Source of the DNA: Acidimicrobiia bacterium
Lineage (GTDB): Bacteria; Actinomycetota; Acidimicrobiia; Spongiisociales; SHLN01
Direction: 5' to 3'
Length of the DNA: 64,000 nucleotides
Assembly (NCBI GenBank): GCA_041619515.1
Contig: JBFKDW010000003.1
Location: 18,828-82,827 of the forward strand
Shown: positions 28,808 to 36,304 of the stretch, piece by piece
How positions within the stretch are numbered: position 1 is the stretch's first letter
Layout of the letters: every line of letters begins with the position of its first letter
Position numbers and translations under genes: made by a program
Notes under the pieces: generated by a model
What the model was told of the DNA's origin: nothing
What the model saw: only the letters and a program-made list of their open reading frames with translations
Database searches by the model: none

Positions 28808-29362
28808 GTGATGACCCTCGATACAGTCGATCTCGTGAATCACCGTCTCGCCGCCGACCTAGATGAGGCCTTTCCGGATTTGATCCGGGAAACCCAACAC
28901 GGCATCTACTCGGGAATCCGTCGACTGGTGCCGTCGGCCGCCGACGCCGAGGACCTGGCGCAAGAGACGTTCATCCGCGCTTATCGGGCACTCTCGGCGT
29001 ATTCCACCGAACGGGTCCTCGAGCTCAAGCTGCGCAGCTGGCTGTGGACCATCGCACTCAACCTATGCCGCAATGCCGCCCGCACCCGCAGCCGCCGTCC
29101 CCGCACGGTGGTGCTCGACCGTGATGCGGTAGCACCAGGGTCGGGCCCGGAGGCTGAGGCATTGGCGGCAGACGAGAACGCCCGCTGGGCAGAGATCCTC
29201 GGCAGGCTTCCCGCCGCTCAGCACCACGCGGTCGTGCTGCGCCATGTGGTCGGGCTCACGTACTCGGAGATCTCCGCCGTCACCGGCCGCCCGGAAGGGA
29301 CGGTGAAGGCCGACGTGCATCGCGGCATCGCCAAACTCCAGGAGGCATCCCATGACCGTTGA
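28808..29362 (+). CDS. ECF-type RNA polymerase sigma-70 family factor
   Basis: Region 2 AEDLAQETFIRAYRAL..WLWTIALNLCRN; region 4 LTYSEISAVTGRPEGTVKADVHRGIAKL. Stop overlaps the next gene by 11 nt. Confidence 0.85.
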   Translation: MMTLDTVDLVNHRLAADLDEAFPDLIRETQHGIYSGIRRLVPSAADAEDLAQETFIRAYRALSAYSTERVLELKLRSWLWTIALNLCRNAARTRSRRPRTVVLDRDAVAPGSGPEAEALAADENARWAEILGRLPAAQHHAVVLRHVVGLTYSEISAVTGRPEGTVKADVHRGIAKLQEASHDR

Positions 29363-30116
29363 AGACAACCTGGCCGGGCTTGCCACCGAAGCCCCTCCGG
29401 CGCTGCTGCCACAGGTGTTGCTCGAGACCGGCTTGGCCGACGGCTACGTCAGCCACCCGGGCCCCACCGGAAACATGTTCGTAGCGTTCAACTCGCGCGG
29501 CATCTCCTCCATCTTCCTCGGCGACGACCCCTCTGATCTCGATGCCCGGTTCGAGGCCCAATTCGGCCGGCCGGCGTTTCCCGTCACCGGCCTGCCCTCA
29601 CGACTTGAACGGTCGCTGGATAGGAGCCTCCGCACCCGTCGCCTGGGAAACCTGCCGATCGACTGGACGGGCATGAGCCAGTTCCAGCAAGAGGTGCTGC
29701 GCAAGACCGCTGAGATCTTGCCGGGAGAAGTCCGCCCGTACTCATGGGTCGCGAAGGAGATCGGCAATCCTCGAGCCGTCCGGGCGGTCGGGACCGCCCT
29801 GGCGCGCAACCCGGTCCCGATCGTCGTTCCGTGCCACCGGGTCGTCCGTAACGACGGGCATCTCGGCAATTACTACTACGGGACGGAGGTGAAGCGGACC
29901 GTCCTCGAGGCAGAAGGCATGGACGTCGACACCCTGGAGATGCTCGCAGGTCGCGGAGTGCGACTCACCGGCAGCGACACCACGAATATCTTCTGCCACC
30001 CCACTTGCCGTGACGCCCGTCGGACGACGGCTCGCCATCGAGTTGAGTTCCGCAGCGAAACGGAGGCACGCGCCGCCGGGTATCGGCCGTGCCTGCACTG
30101 CCGACCGGCTGCGTGA
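29352..30116 (+). CDS. methylated-DNA-[protein]-cysteine S-methyltransferase (Ogt/MGMT) fused to a C-terminal Ada-type zinc methyl-acceptor domain; no HTH
   Basis: MGMT DNA-binding domain with active-site PCHRV (IVVPCHRVVRNDGHLGNYYYG). C-terminal FCHPTCRDARR...EARAAGYRPCLHCRP matches the Ada N-terminal Zn(Cys)4 domain (E. coli FCRPSCRA...ALAAGFRPCKRCQP). Translationally overlaps the ECF sigma gene. Confidence 0.8.
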   Translation: MTVEDNLAGLATEAPPALLPQVLLETGLADGYVSHPGPTGNMFVAFNSRGISSIFLGDDPSDLDARFEAQFGRPAFPVTGLPSRLERSLDRSLRTRRLGNLPIDWTGMSQFQQEVLRKTAEILPGEVRPYSWVAKEIGNPRAVRAVGTALARNPVPIVVPCHRVVRNDGHLGNYYYGTEVKRTVLEAEGMDVDTLEMLAGRGVRLTGSDTTNIFCHPTCRDARRTTARHRVEFRSETEARAAGYRPCLHCRPAA

Positions 30117-30155
30117 GGCTGGAGGGGGCGGGCTCGTCTAGCGTTTGGGCATCAC

Positions 30156-31322
30156 ATGCACCGCCGCACACTGTTGCTGAGCATCGTCACACTGTCGGTG
30201 CTTGCCGCCTCTTGTTCCGCCGGGTTCAGCCGGCCCCGGGCCCAGGCGCTGGTGGAAGGCGACGGCGCGATCTTTGCCCTGATCGATCCCGACCCCAATC
30301 GCAACACCGAGTCGACGATCGCTCGACTCCTGTCGACATCCGACGGCCGGGAATGGCAGCCAGTGGTGGCCGACGGGTCGCTGCCCGACGACGCCGCGGT
30401 GGGCCTCAACCTGGCCGGCGTCGCCCAGGAATGCGACGAGCAGACCCAGTCGTGCTACCGAGTTGTGTCGCCCGATGGGGGCATCAGTCTCGAGCAGTCC
30501 CGCGACGGCGGTGTTTCCTGGAGTGAGGTGTGGAGTATCAGCGCCGGGCGGCTCGACTTCCAGGACCGGTGCTGCGGGCGACGGCGCTTCGCGATTCTCG
30601 ACCTCGAGTACGTCCCTCAAACCGGGCTGGTGGCAGTGGCGCTCTCCGAATACGGTCTTCTCAGCCGGGGCCTCGACGCGGAAGTCCGGCTGGAGACGCT
30701 CGGCCGGCCCGTCCGGCCCGATTCCGGCCTCATGGTCGGCCTGTACGTGGAGCCGCTGTTCGCCGCCGTTCTCGCCCTGGTGGTCGGCTGGCTCGTGACC
30801 GAGCAGCGGCTGACCCGGGTGCGCAACGAGCTGGAGCAGCGATTCGGATCGGCCGAGCACACCTGGCTGACGAGCCGGGCTCGCCAGGCTCCGATTGTCC
30901 TCCCACTGGTCTTCTTCGTGGGTGTCGCCGCCATCGCAGCCTGGGCGGGGCGCGCCGGTCAAACCGCCCAGGCCGATCCAGCAAACGCCACCGGCTGGGT
31001 TTCTCTGGCTCTGGCGGCCATCCTGATCGCGGGGGTCTCGGCCGCCAACCATCGGCTGCATCGCCGCCAATGGACAGCAGACGAGGAGACTCGCGCTCGC
31101 TCACCGTTTGGAGCCGCCGCCGCCAAAGCCATCCGCGCGCAGGCGATTGGAACAGTGAGCGCGCTCCTGACCTTCGTGGCGGCACTGGTGCCGCTCATAC
31201 TGTGGACGACGGGGGTCATCGACGGCTTCGACGACGCGGTCAAAGCCAGCGTGGCCGCCACGGGTGTCATCGCCGCCGGCTTTCTCGTCTGGGAGGCCAG
31301 CAATCCGCCGCTCCCCGAATGA
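30156..31322 (+). CDS. hypothetical lipoprotein/membrane protein
   Basis: Signal peptide with lipobox (LSVLAASCSAG); soluble domain with a Cys pair (QECDEQTQSCY, DRCCG); at least four C-terminal TM helices. Confidence 0.5.
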   Translation: MHRRTLLLSIVTLSVLAASCSAGFSRPRAQALVEGDGAIFALIDPDPNRNTESTIARLLSTSDGREWQPVVADGSLPDDAAVGLNLAGVAQECDEQTQSCYRVVSPDGGISLEQSRDGGVSWSEVWSISAGRLDFQDRCCGRRRFAILDLEYVPQTGLVAVALSEYGLLSRGLDAEVRLETLGRPVRPDSGLMVGLYVEPLFAAVLALVVGWLVTEQRLTRVRNELEQRFGSAEHTWLTSRARQAPIVLPLVFFVGVAAIAAWAGRAGQTAQADPANATGWVSLALAAILIAGVSAANHRLHRRQWTADEETRARSPFGAAAAKAIRAQAIGTVSALLTFVAALVPLILWTTGVIDGFDDAVKASVAATGVIAAGFLVWEASNPPLPE

Positions 31323-31364
31323 CCCCAGCACCGTCGGCGGGCGCAACGAAGTAGCGTCTCCTTC

Positions 31365-31952
31365 ATGGACGCGATCGAATCGGGGCCGACGCTCCCCCAG
31401 CTCGTCCTGCGGGTCATGGGCGGGAGCCTCCTCTTCCTGTGGCTGATAGAGATCATCGACACCGTGGCATTCGACAGCCGGCTCCAGGCTCATGGCATCG
31501 AGCCGCGCCGGGTGGACGGGCTGGAAGGTGTCGTGTTCGCACCGGCCCTGCACGACGGCTGGGCCCACCTCATCTCGAACTCCATACCATTCGTGGTGCT
31601 CGGCGGGCTGGTCCTGGTGTACGGCTTCCGGCGCTGGATCACCGTCACCGCCTTCATCACCATCGTCGCCGGGCTGGCAACGTGGCTGCTGGCGCGGCGC
31701 GGCAATCACATCGGGGCCTCGATCCTCGTTTTCGGCTACTTCGGCTTCCTCCTGGGCATGGCATGGTTCGAGCGCAGCCTCAAGTCGATCGGCATCGCCG
31801 TGGTCGTGGCGATCTTGTACGGGGGCCTCATCTGGGGTGTGGTTCCCTCGGATTCCGGGGTTTCCTGGGAGGGGCACCTGTTCGGGGTCGTAGCCGGCGT
31901 GGCTGCAGCCGGAGTGGTGTCCGGCCGGCGGCGCACTGCGGAGCGCAGCTGA
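31365..31952 (+). CDS. rhomboid family intramembrane serine protease
   Basis: Six TM helices; catalytic Ser motif GASILVFGYFG (GxSG) in TM4 and His in HLFGVVAG (TM6); HLISN. Confidence 0.75.
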   Translation: MDAIESGPTLPQLVLRVMGGSLLFLWLIEIIDTVAFDSRLQAHGIEPRRVDGLEGVVFAPALHDGWAHLISNSIPFVVLGGLVLVYGFRRWITVTAFITIVAGLATWLLARRGNHIGASILVFGYFGFLLGMAWFERSLKSIGIAVVVAILYGGLIWGVVPSDSGVSWEGHLFGVVAGVAAAGVVSGRRRTAERS

Positions 31953-31954
31953 CG

Positions 31955-32956
31955 ATGGCCTCCGAGACGCACCTCGATATCGAGGGCGGGCCGTTCCGGA
32001 TTTCCAGCCCGGAGAAGATCATGTTCCCGGAGCAAGGCTGGACCAAGCTCGACGTCGCCCGCCATTTCCTCACCACCGGCGAAGGTGCGTTGCGGGGAGT
32101 GTTCGGCCGGCCGACCATGCTCAAGCGCTGGCCGAACGGAGCGGGAGGCGAGCCCTTCTACAACAAGCGGGCCAAGCCCGGGGATGTGATGGAGACCGTC
32201 GAGATTCGGTTTCCGTCGCAGCGGCCCGGCCTCATGCGGGTTCCCCGCACCGTCACCGACATCATGCGGATGGCGCAGCTGAATTGCCTCGATCTGAACC
32301 CGTGGAACGCCCGGGCCGAAGACATCGATCACCCCGACGAGATGCGCATCGACCTCGATCCCACCCCGGGCGTCCCGTTCGCCGACGTGCGCACCGTCGC
32401 CGCCTGGTGCCGGGAGTTCCTGACGGGCCATGGTCTCACCCCCTGGCCGAAGACGTCCGGCTCTCGCGGGATCCATGTGTACGTTCGGCTCGAGCCGGAG
32501 TGGGATTACTTCCAGGTGCGACGGTGCGTGCTGGCGGTCGCCCGGGAGGCACAAGCCGCCCTCGATGGGCTCGCCACTACCGCCTGGTGGAAGGAAGAAC
32601 GGGTCGGGGTGTTCATCGACTACAACCAGAACGCCCGCGACAAGACCATCGCCTCGGCGTACTCGGTGCGTCCCTCCGGTTTCGTGTCGGCGCCGTTTCG
32701 CTGGGACGAGCTGGACGACATAGAGATCGAAGCGTTTCCCATGGCCGGCTTCGAGCGGCGTTGGAACGACCTCGGCGACCTGACCGAGGGGATCGACGAG
32801 AGCGCCGGTCGGCTGGAGAGCCTGCTCGAGCTGGTGGCGGCACACGAGGACGCAGGCATGGGTGACGCCCCGTGGCCGCCCCACTACCCGAAACAGCCGG
32901 GCGAGCCACCCCGGGTGCAGCCATCGCGGCAACGCCGGCCCGACGACGAGTACTAG
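31955..32956 (+). CDS. NHEJ DNA polymerase/primase domain protein (LigD Pol domain, stand-alone)
   Basis: Archaeo-eukaryotic primase fold motifs: FDLDP-like MRIDLDPTPG, KTSGSRGIHVYVRL (SGxRG, HVY). ATG at 31955, 2 nt after the rhomboid stop. Confidence 0.85.
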   Translation: MASETHLDIEGGPFRISSPEKIMFPEQGWTKLDVARHFLTTGEGALRGVFGRPTMLKRWPNGAGGEPFYNKRAKPGDVMETVEIRFPSQRPGLMRVPRTVTDIMRMAQLNCLDLNPWNARAEDIDHPDEMRIDLDPTPGVPFADVRTVAAWCREFLTGHGLTPWPKTSGSRGIHVYVRLEPEWDYFQVRRCVLAVAREAQAALDGLATTAWWKEERVGVFIDYNQNARDKTIASAYSVRPSGFVSAPFRWDELDDIEIEAFPMAGFERRWNDLGDLTEGIDESAGRLESLLELVAAHEDAGMGDAPWPPHYPKQPGEPPRVQPSRQRRPDDEY

Positions 32957-32963
32957 GGCCGGG

Positions 32964-33989
32964 CTAGGACGCAACTACATCGGCAAAACCCGGTCCTCGC
33001 GGGCGCTCGAGCTGGTCCATGGTGCAGGCGTCTGGATCTTTGTCGGGACGCCACCGCTCCAGGCGGGTGGCGTGGCGGAACCGGTTCTCGGTGAGCTGGT
33101 CATAGCTCACCTGCACGACCACGCCCGGCTGCACCGGCGTCCAGGACAGGTCCTTGCCGGCCGACCAGCGGCTCTCTCCCCCCGGCATCCGTGCCTCGAG
33201 CCCAAAGGACTCGCCGGACTTGAGCTGCTCGAACTGCTCGAGCAACGCCGTACGGTCGTGATCGGAGAACCCGGAGCAATGCCCGATGAAATGCAACTCG
33301 CCCTGATCGTTGTACAGGCCGAGCAGCAGGGAGCCGATCTTCCCGCCATCCTTGTGCTCGCGGTAGCCGCCGACCACACAGTCGACCGAGCGACGATGCT
33401 TCCACTTGATCATCTCGCGCTTGCCCTCGACATACGGCGTGGCGGCGCCCTTACAGACGATGCCGTCACACCCGGCGGCCTCGAACTCGTCGAACCACCT
33501 CCTGGCGACATCCAGGTCGTCAGTCGAAGGGGTCAAGTGCCACTGGTCGCCCAGCGATCCGAACAGCTTTTCGAGATGCCGGCGTCGCTCCGTGAAGGGC
33601 TCTGCCCGGAGGTCTTTGCCCTCGATCGCGAGGAGGTCGAAGCCGACCAGGCTGGCCGGGATCTCCTCGGCGAGGAGCATGATTCGGCTCTCGGCCGGGT
33701 GGATGCGCAGTTGCAGGGAATCGAAGCTGGTTCTGTCGTCGATCACGACCAGGATCTCACCATCGACGACGGTGCCGCCCGGGAGCTGCCGCAGGGCCGG
33801 TTCGAGCTCCGGAAAGTACCGCAGCAGCGGCTTCTGGTTGCGGCTGTCGAGCCGAATATCGTCGCTCCAGGACACGGCCCGGAAACCATCCCATTTGGGC
33901 TCATACCGCCACCCGGGCGGATCCGGCGGGGTCTCCTTCACCCGCGCCTCCATCGTGGCGATCGGCGGAGAGAACGGCCAGCTCGTCAT
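32964..33989 (-). CDS. ATP-dependent DNA ligase (LigD ligase domain / LigC-like)
   Basis: Adenylation motif I YEPKWDGFR (KxDG); motifs III-V (DGEILV, LLGLYND, DGIVCKG); OB-fold C-terminus. Convergent with the Pol-domain gene, with 7 bp between the stops. Confidence 0.85.
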   Translation of the reverse strand: MTSWPFSPPIATMEARVKETPPDPPGWRYEPKWDGFRAVSWSDDIRLDSRNQKPLLRYFPELEPALRQLPGGTVVDGEILVVIDDRTSFDSLQLRIHPAESRIMLLAEEIPASLVGFDLLAIEGKDLRAEPFTERRRHLEKLFGSLGDQWHLTPSTDDLDVARRWFDEFEAAGCDGIVCKGAATPYVEGKREMIKWKHRRSVDCVVGGYREHKDGGKIGSLLLGLYNDQGELHFIGHCSGFSDHDRTALLEQFEQLKSGESFGLEARMPGGESRWSAGKDLSWTPVQPGVVVQVSYDQLTENRFRHATRLERWRPDKDPDACTMDQLERPRGPGFADVVAS

Positions 33990-34076
33990 GGGCGAACCCT
34001 ACCCGGGTGTTGCCACACGACTCTCCGCACCGCCACCACCGGAATATCTGAGCGCCGAGCCGGTTGGAGTTCGGAC

Positions 34077-34340
34077 ATGGCGCATCCCGAGGTCACCATC
34101 TACTCCACCGCGTGGTGCGGCTGGTGCGAGCGCGCCAAATCCCTGCTTCGCTCCAAGGGCGTCGTCGAGTGGAACGAGATCGATGTGGGAGCGCTCGCCG
34201 GCGGCCGCAGCGAGCTGCGGGAGCTCACCGGTGGAAGCACCGTCCCCCAGATCTATATCGGTGACCGTCATATCGGCGGATTCGACGATTTGGCGGCGCT
34301 CGACCGGGCCGGCCGCCTCGATTCTCTGCTGGAAGGATGA
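34077..34340 (+). CDS. glutaredoxin-like protein (CGWC active site; mycoredoxin/GrxC-like)
   Basis: VTIYSTAWCGWCERAK thioredoxin-fold active site; TVPQIYIGDRHIGGFDDL glutaredoxin GSH-binding motif. Only the last 87 codons of track ORF 32862..34340 are credible. Confidence 0.8.
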   Translation: MAHPEVTIYSTAWCGWCERAKSLLRSKGVVEWNEIDVGALAGGRSELRELTGGSTVPQIYIGDRHIGGFDDLAALDRAGRLDSLLEG

Positions 34341-34419
34341 CGGTCGGGGTCGGCCCGACGCGAAAGCGCCCGTCGGCCTGCTGCGGAGCTCCCGCCTGGC
34401 CATCGACGAGAATGTGGTG

Positions 34420-34830
34420 ATGCGTTACGAGGTCATCGACCATACCGCCGACACGGGCATCGTCGCCTACGGCGTGACACCGCACGAGCTGTTCGAAAAC
34501 GCCGGGTGGGGCATGTTCGACCTCATGTTCGACCTCAGCGGGCTCGACCCGATGCGAGACGTGCCCGTCATCGCCGGCGGCGATAGCCTCGATGAGCTGC
34601 TGTTCAACTGGCTCTCGGAGCTGCTCTACCATGCCGACTCGCTCGGGCTGGCCCTCTGCTACTTCACGGTCGACCGGCTCGAGGAGGGGGGGATCCAGGG
34701 ATCGGCGGGCGGAGTCCCCGTCGCCGGCCTCGAGTTGCGAGGACCTCCCATCAAGGCCGTTACCTACCACGACCTGGCCATCGTGGAAAACCCGGACACG
34801 TGGTGGGCGCGAGTGTTCTTCGACGTCTGA
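34420..34830 (+). CDS. archease (RtcB activator)
   Basis: MRYEVIDHTADTGIVAYG matches the archease N-terminal HTAD(I/T)G motif; 136 aa; immediately upstream of rtcB. Confidence 0.8.
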   Translation: MRYEVIDHTADTGIVAYGVTPHELFENAGWGMFDLMFDLSGLDPMRDVPVIAGGDSLDELLFNWLSELLYHADSLGLALCYFTVDRLEEGGIQGSAGGVPVAGLELRGPPIKAVTYHDLAIVENPDTWWARVFFDV

Positions 34831-34842
34831 CAGACTGGGGGT

Positions 34843-36264
34843 ATGAAATGGCGCCGAACCGGCAGTGACGTGTGGGAGGTCGACCCGCTCGGCGCCATGC
34901 TGGTGCCCGGCCGCGTGTACGCCTCCCCCGGCCTGTTCGAGCAGGCCGAATCGAACCGGGCCCTCGGTCAGGTCATGAATGTCGCCCATCTACCCGGCAT
35001 CGTCGAGGCCTCCATCGCAATGCCAGACATTCATTGGGGGTACGGCTTTCCGATCGGGGGTGTGGCCGCCACCGACATTTCGGCCGGCGGGGTCATTTCT
35101 CCCGGCGGCGTCGGGTTCGATATCTGCTGTGGAGTCCGCCTCCTCAGCAGCGGGTACACCCGGGCCGATTGGGTGGCGCGCGGGGAACGAGTGATGAACG
35201 AGTTGAGCCGCCGCATCCCGCGCGGGCTCGGGGCAGGATCCGTCGCCGGAGGCGACCTCATGTCCCAGGTGTTGGAAACCGGGGCCGCGGCCGTGCTGGG
35301 CGCAGGCTACGGGACGCCACGCGATCTCGACCGGTGCGAGGAGCGGGGGACCTCGCCCGGAGCCGACCCGGGCGCCGTCTCCGAGCGGGCCCGGAAGCGG
35401 GGACGCAGCCAGCTCGGCTCGCTGGGGGCCGGGAATCACTTCCTCGAGGTCCAGCTCGTCGAGCGCGTCTTCGACGAGGCTGCCTCCGTCTTCGGGTTGG
35501 AGGAAGGCATGGTGGCAGTCATGATCCACTGCGGCAGTCGCGGTCTCGGCCATCAGACATGCACCGACCAGCTGCAGGCGATGGGCCCCGCCATGGCACG
35601 GTACGGCATCTCGGTGCCGGATCGCCAGCTGGCGTGCGTGCCGGTCGATTCTCCCGAAGGGCAGCGCTACCTCGGCGCGATGGCAGCAGCCGCCAACTTC
35701 GCCTGGGCAAATCGGCACGTACTCGCCCACGAGGCGCGGGCCGCCTTCGCAGCCGGATTCGACACGGTGCCGCAAGACACGCGAATGGATCTGGTGTTCG
35801 ACGTGGCACACAACCTCGCAAAGATCGAAACCCATCAGGTAGGTGAGCACAGCCGGTCGTTGTGCGTTCACCGCAAGGGCGCCACCCGGGCCTTCGGGCC
35901 GGGTCACCCTGAGCTGGCGCCCGACTTGCTCCCGGTGGGCCAGCCGGTCCTCGTGCCCGGCTCCATGGGCACCGCCTCGTGGGTATTGAAGGGGATGGCG
36001 GAGAATCCGGCCTTCGGATCGGCCGCCCACGGGGCGGGAAGAGTCATGAGCCGCCGACAGGCGAAAAAGAAGGAATCGGGGGCGGCGGTACGGGATGCGC
36101 TCGAGTCCGCCGGTATCGCGGTTCGACCCGGGTCGGTTGCGCTGCTATCCGAAGAAGCTCCGTACGCCTACAAGGACGTTGACGAGGTCATCGAGGTGTG
36201 CGCCCGCACTACGCTGGCGGAAAAGGTGGCCCGCATGGTCCCCCTCGGGGTGGTCAAGGGGTAG
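34843..36264 (+). CDS. rtcB: RNA-splicing ligase RtcB
   Basis: RtcB motifs: [43 protein letters not shown]; His for guanylylation ([11 protein letters not shown]). 473 aa. Confidence 0.9.
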   Translation: MKWRRTGSDVWEVDPLGAMLVPGRVYASPGLFEQAESNRALGQVMNVAHLPGIVEASIAMPDIHWGYGFPIGGVAATDISAGGVISPGGVGFDICCGVRLLSSGYTRADWVARGERVMNELSRRIPRGLGAGSVAGGDLMSQVLETGAAAVLGAGYGTPRDLDRCEERGTSPGADPGAVSERARKRGRSQLGSLGAGNHFLEVQLVERVFDEAASVFGLEEGMVAVMIHCGSRGLGHQTCTDQLQAMGPAMARYGISVPDRQLACVPVDSPEGQRYLGAMAAAANFAWANRHVLAHEARAAFAAGFDTVPQDTRMDLVFDVAHNLAKIETHQVGEHSRSLCVHRKGATRAFGPGHPELAPDLLPVGQPVLVPGSMGTASWVLKGMAENPAFGSAAHGAGRVMSRRQAKKKESGAAVRDALESAGIAVRPGSVALLSEEAPYAYKDVDEVIEVCARTTLAEKVARMVPLGVVKG

Positions 36265-36304
36265 CCGCCTACAGACCAATCGAACGCTGGCCGATGTCTC
36301 ACTA

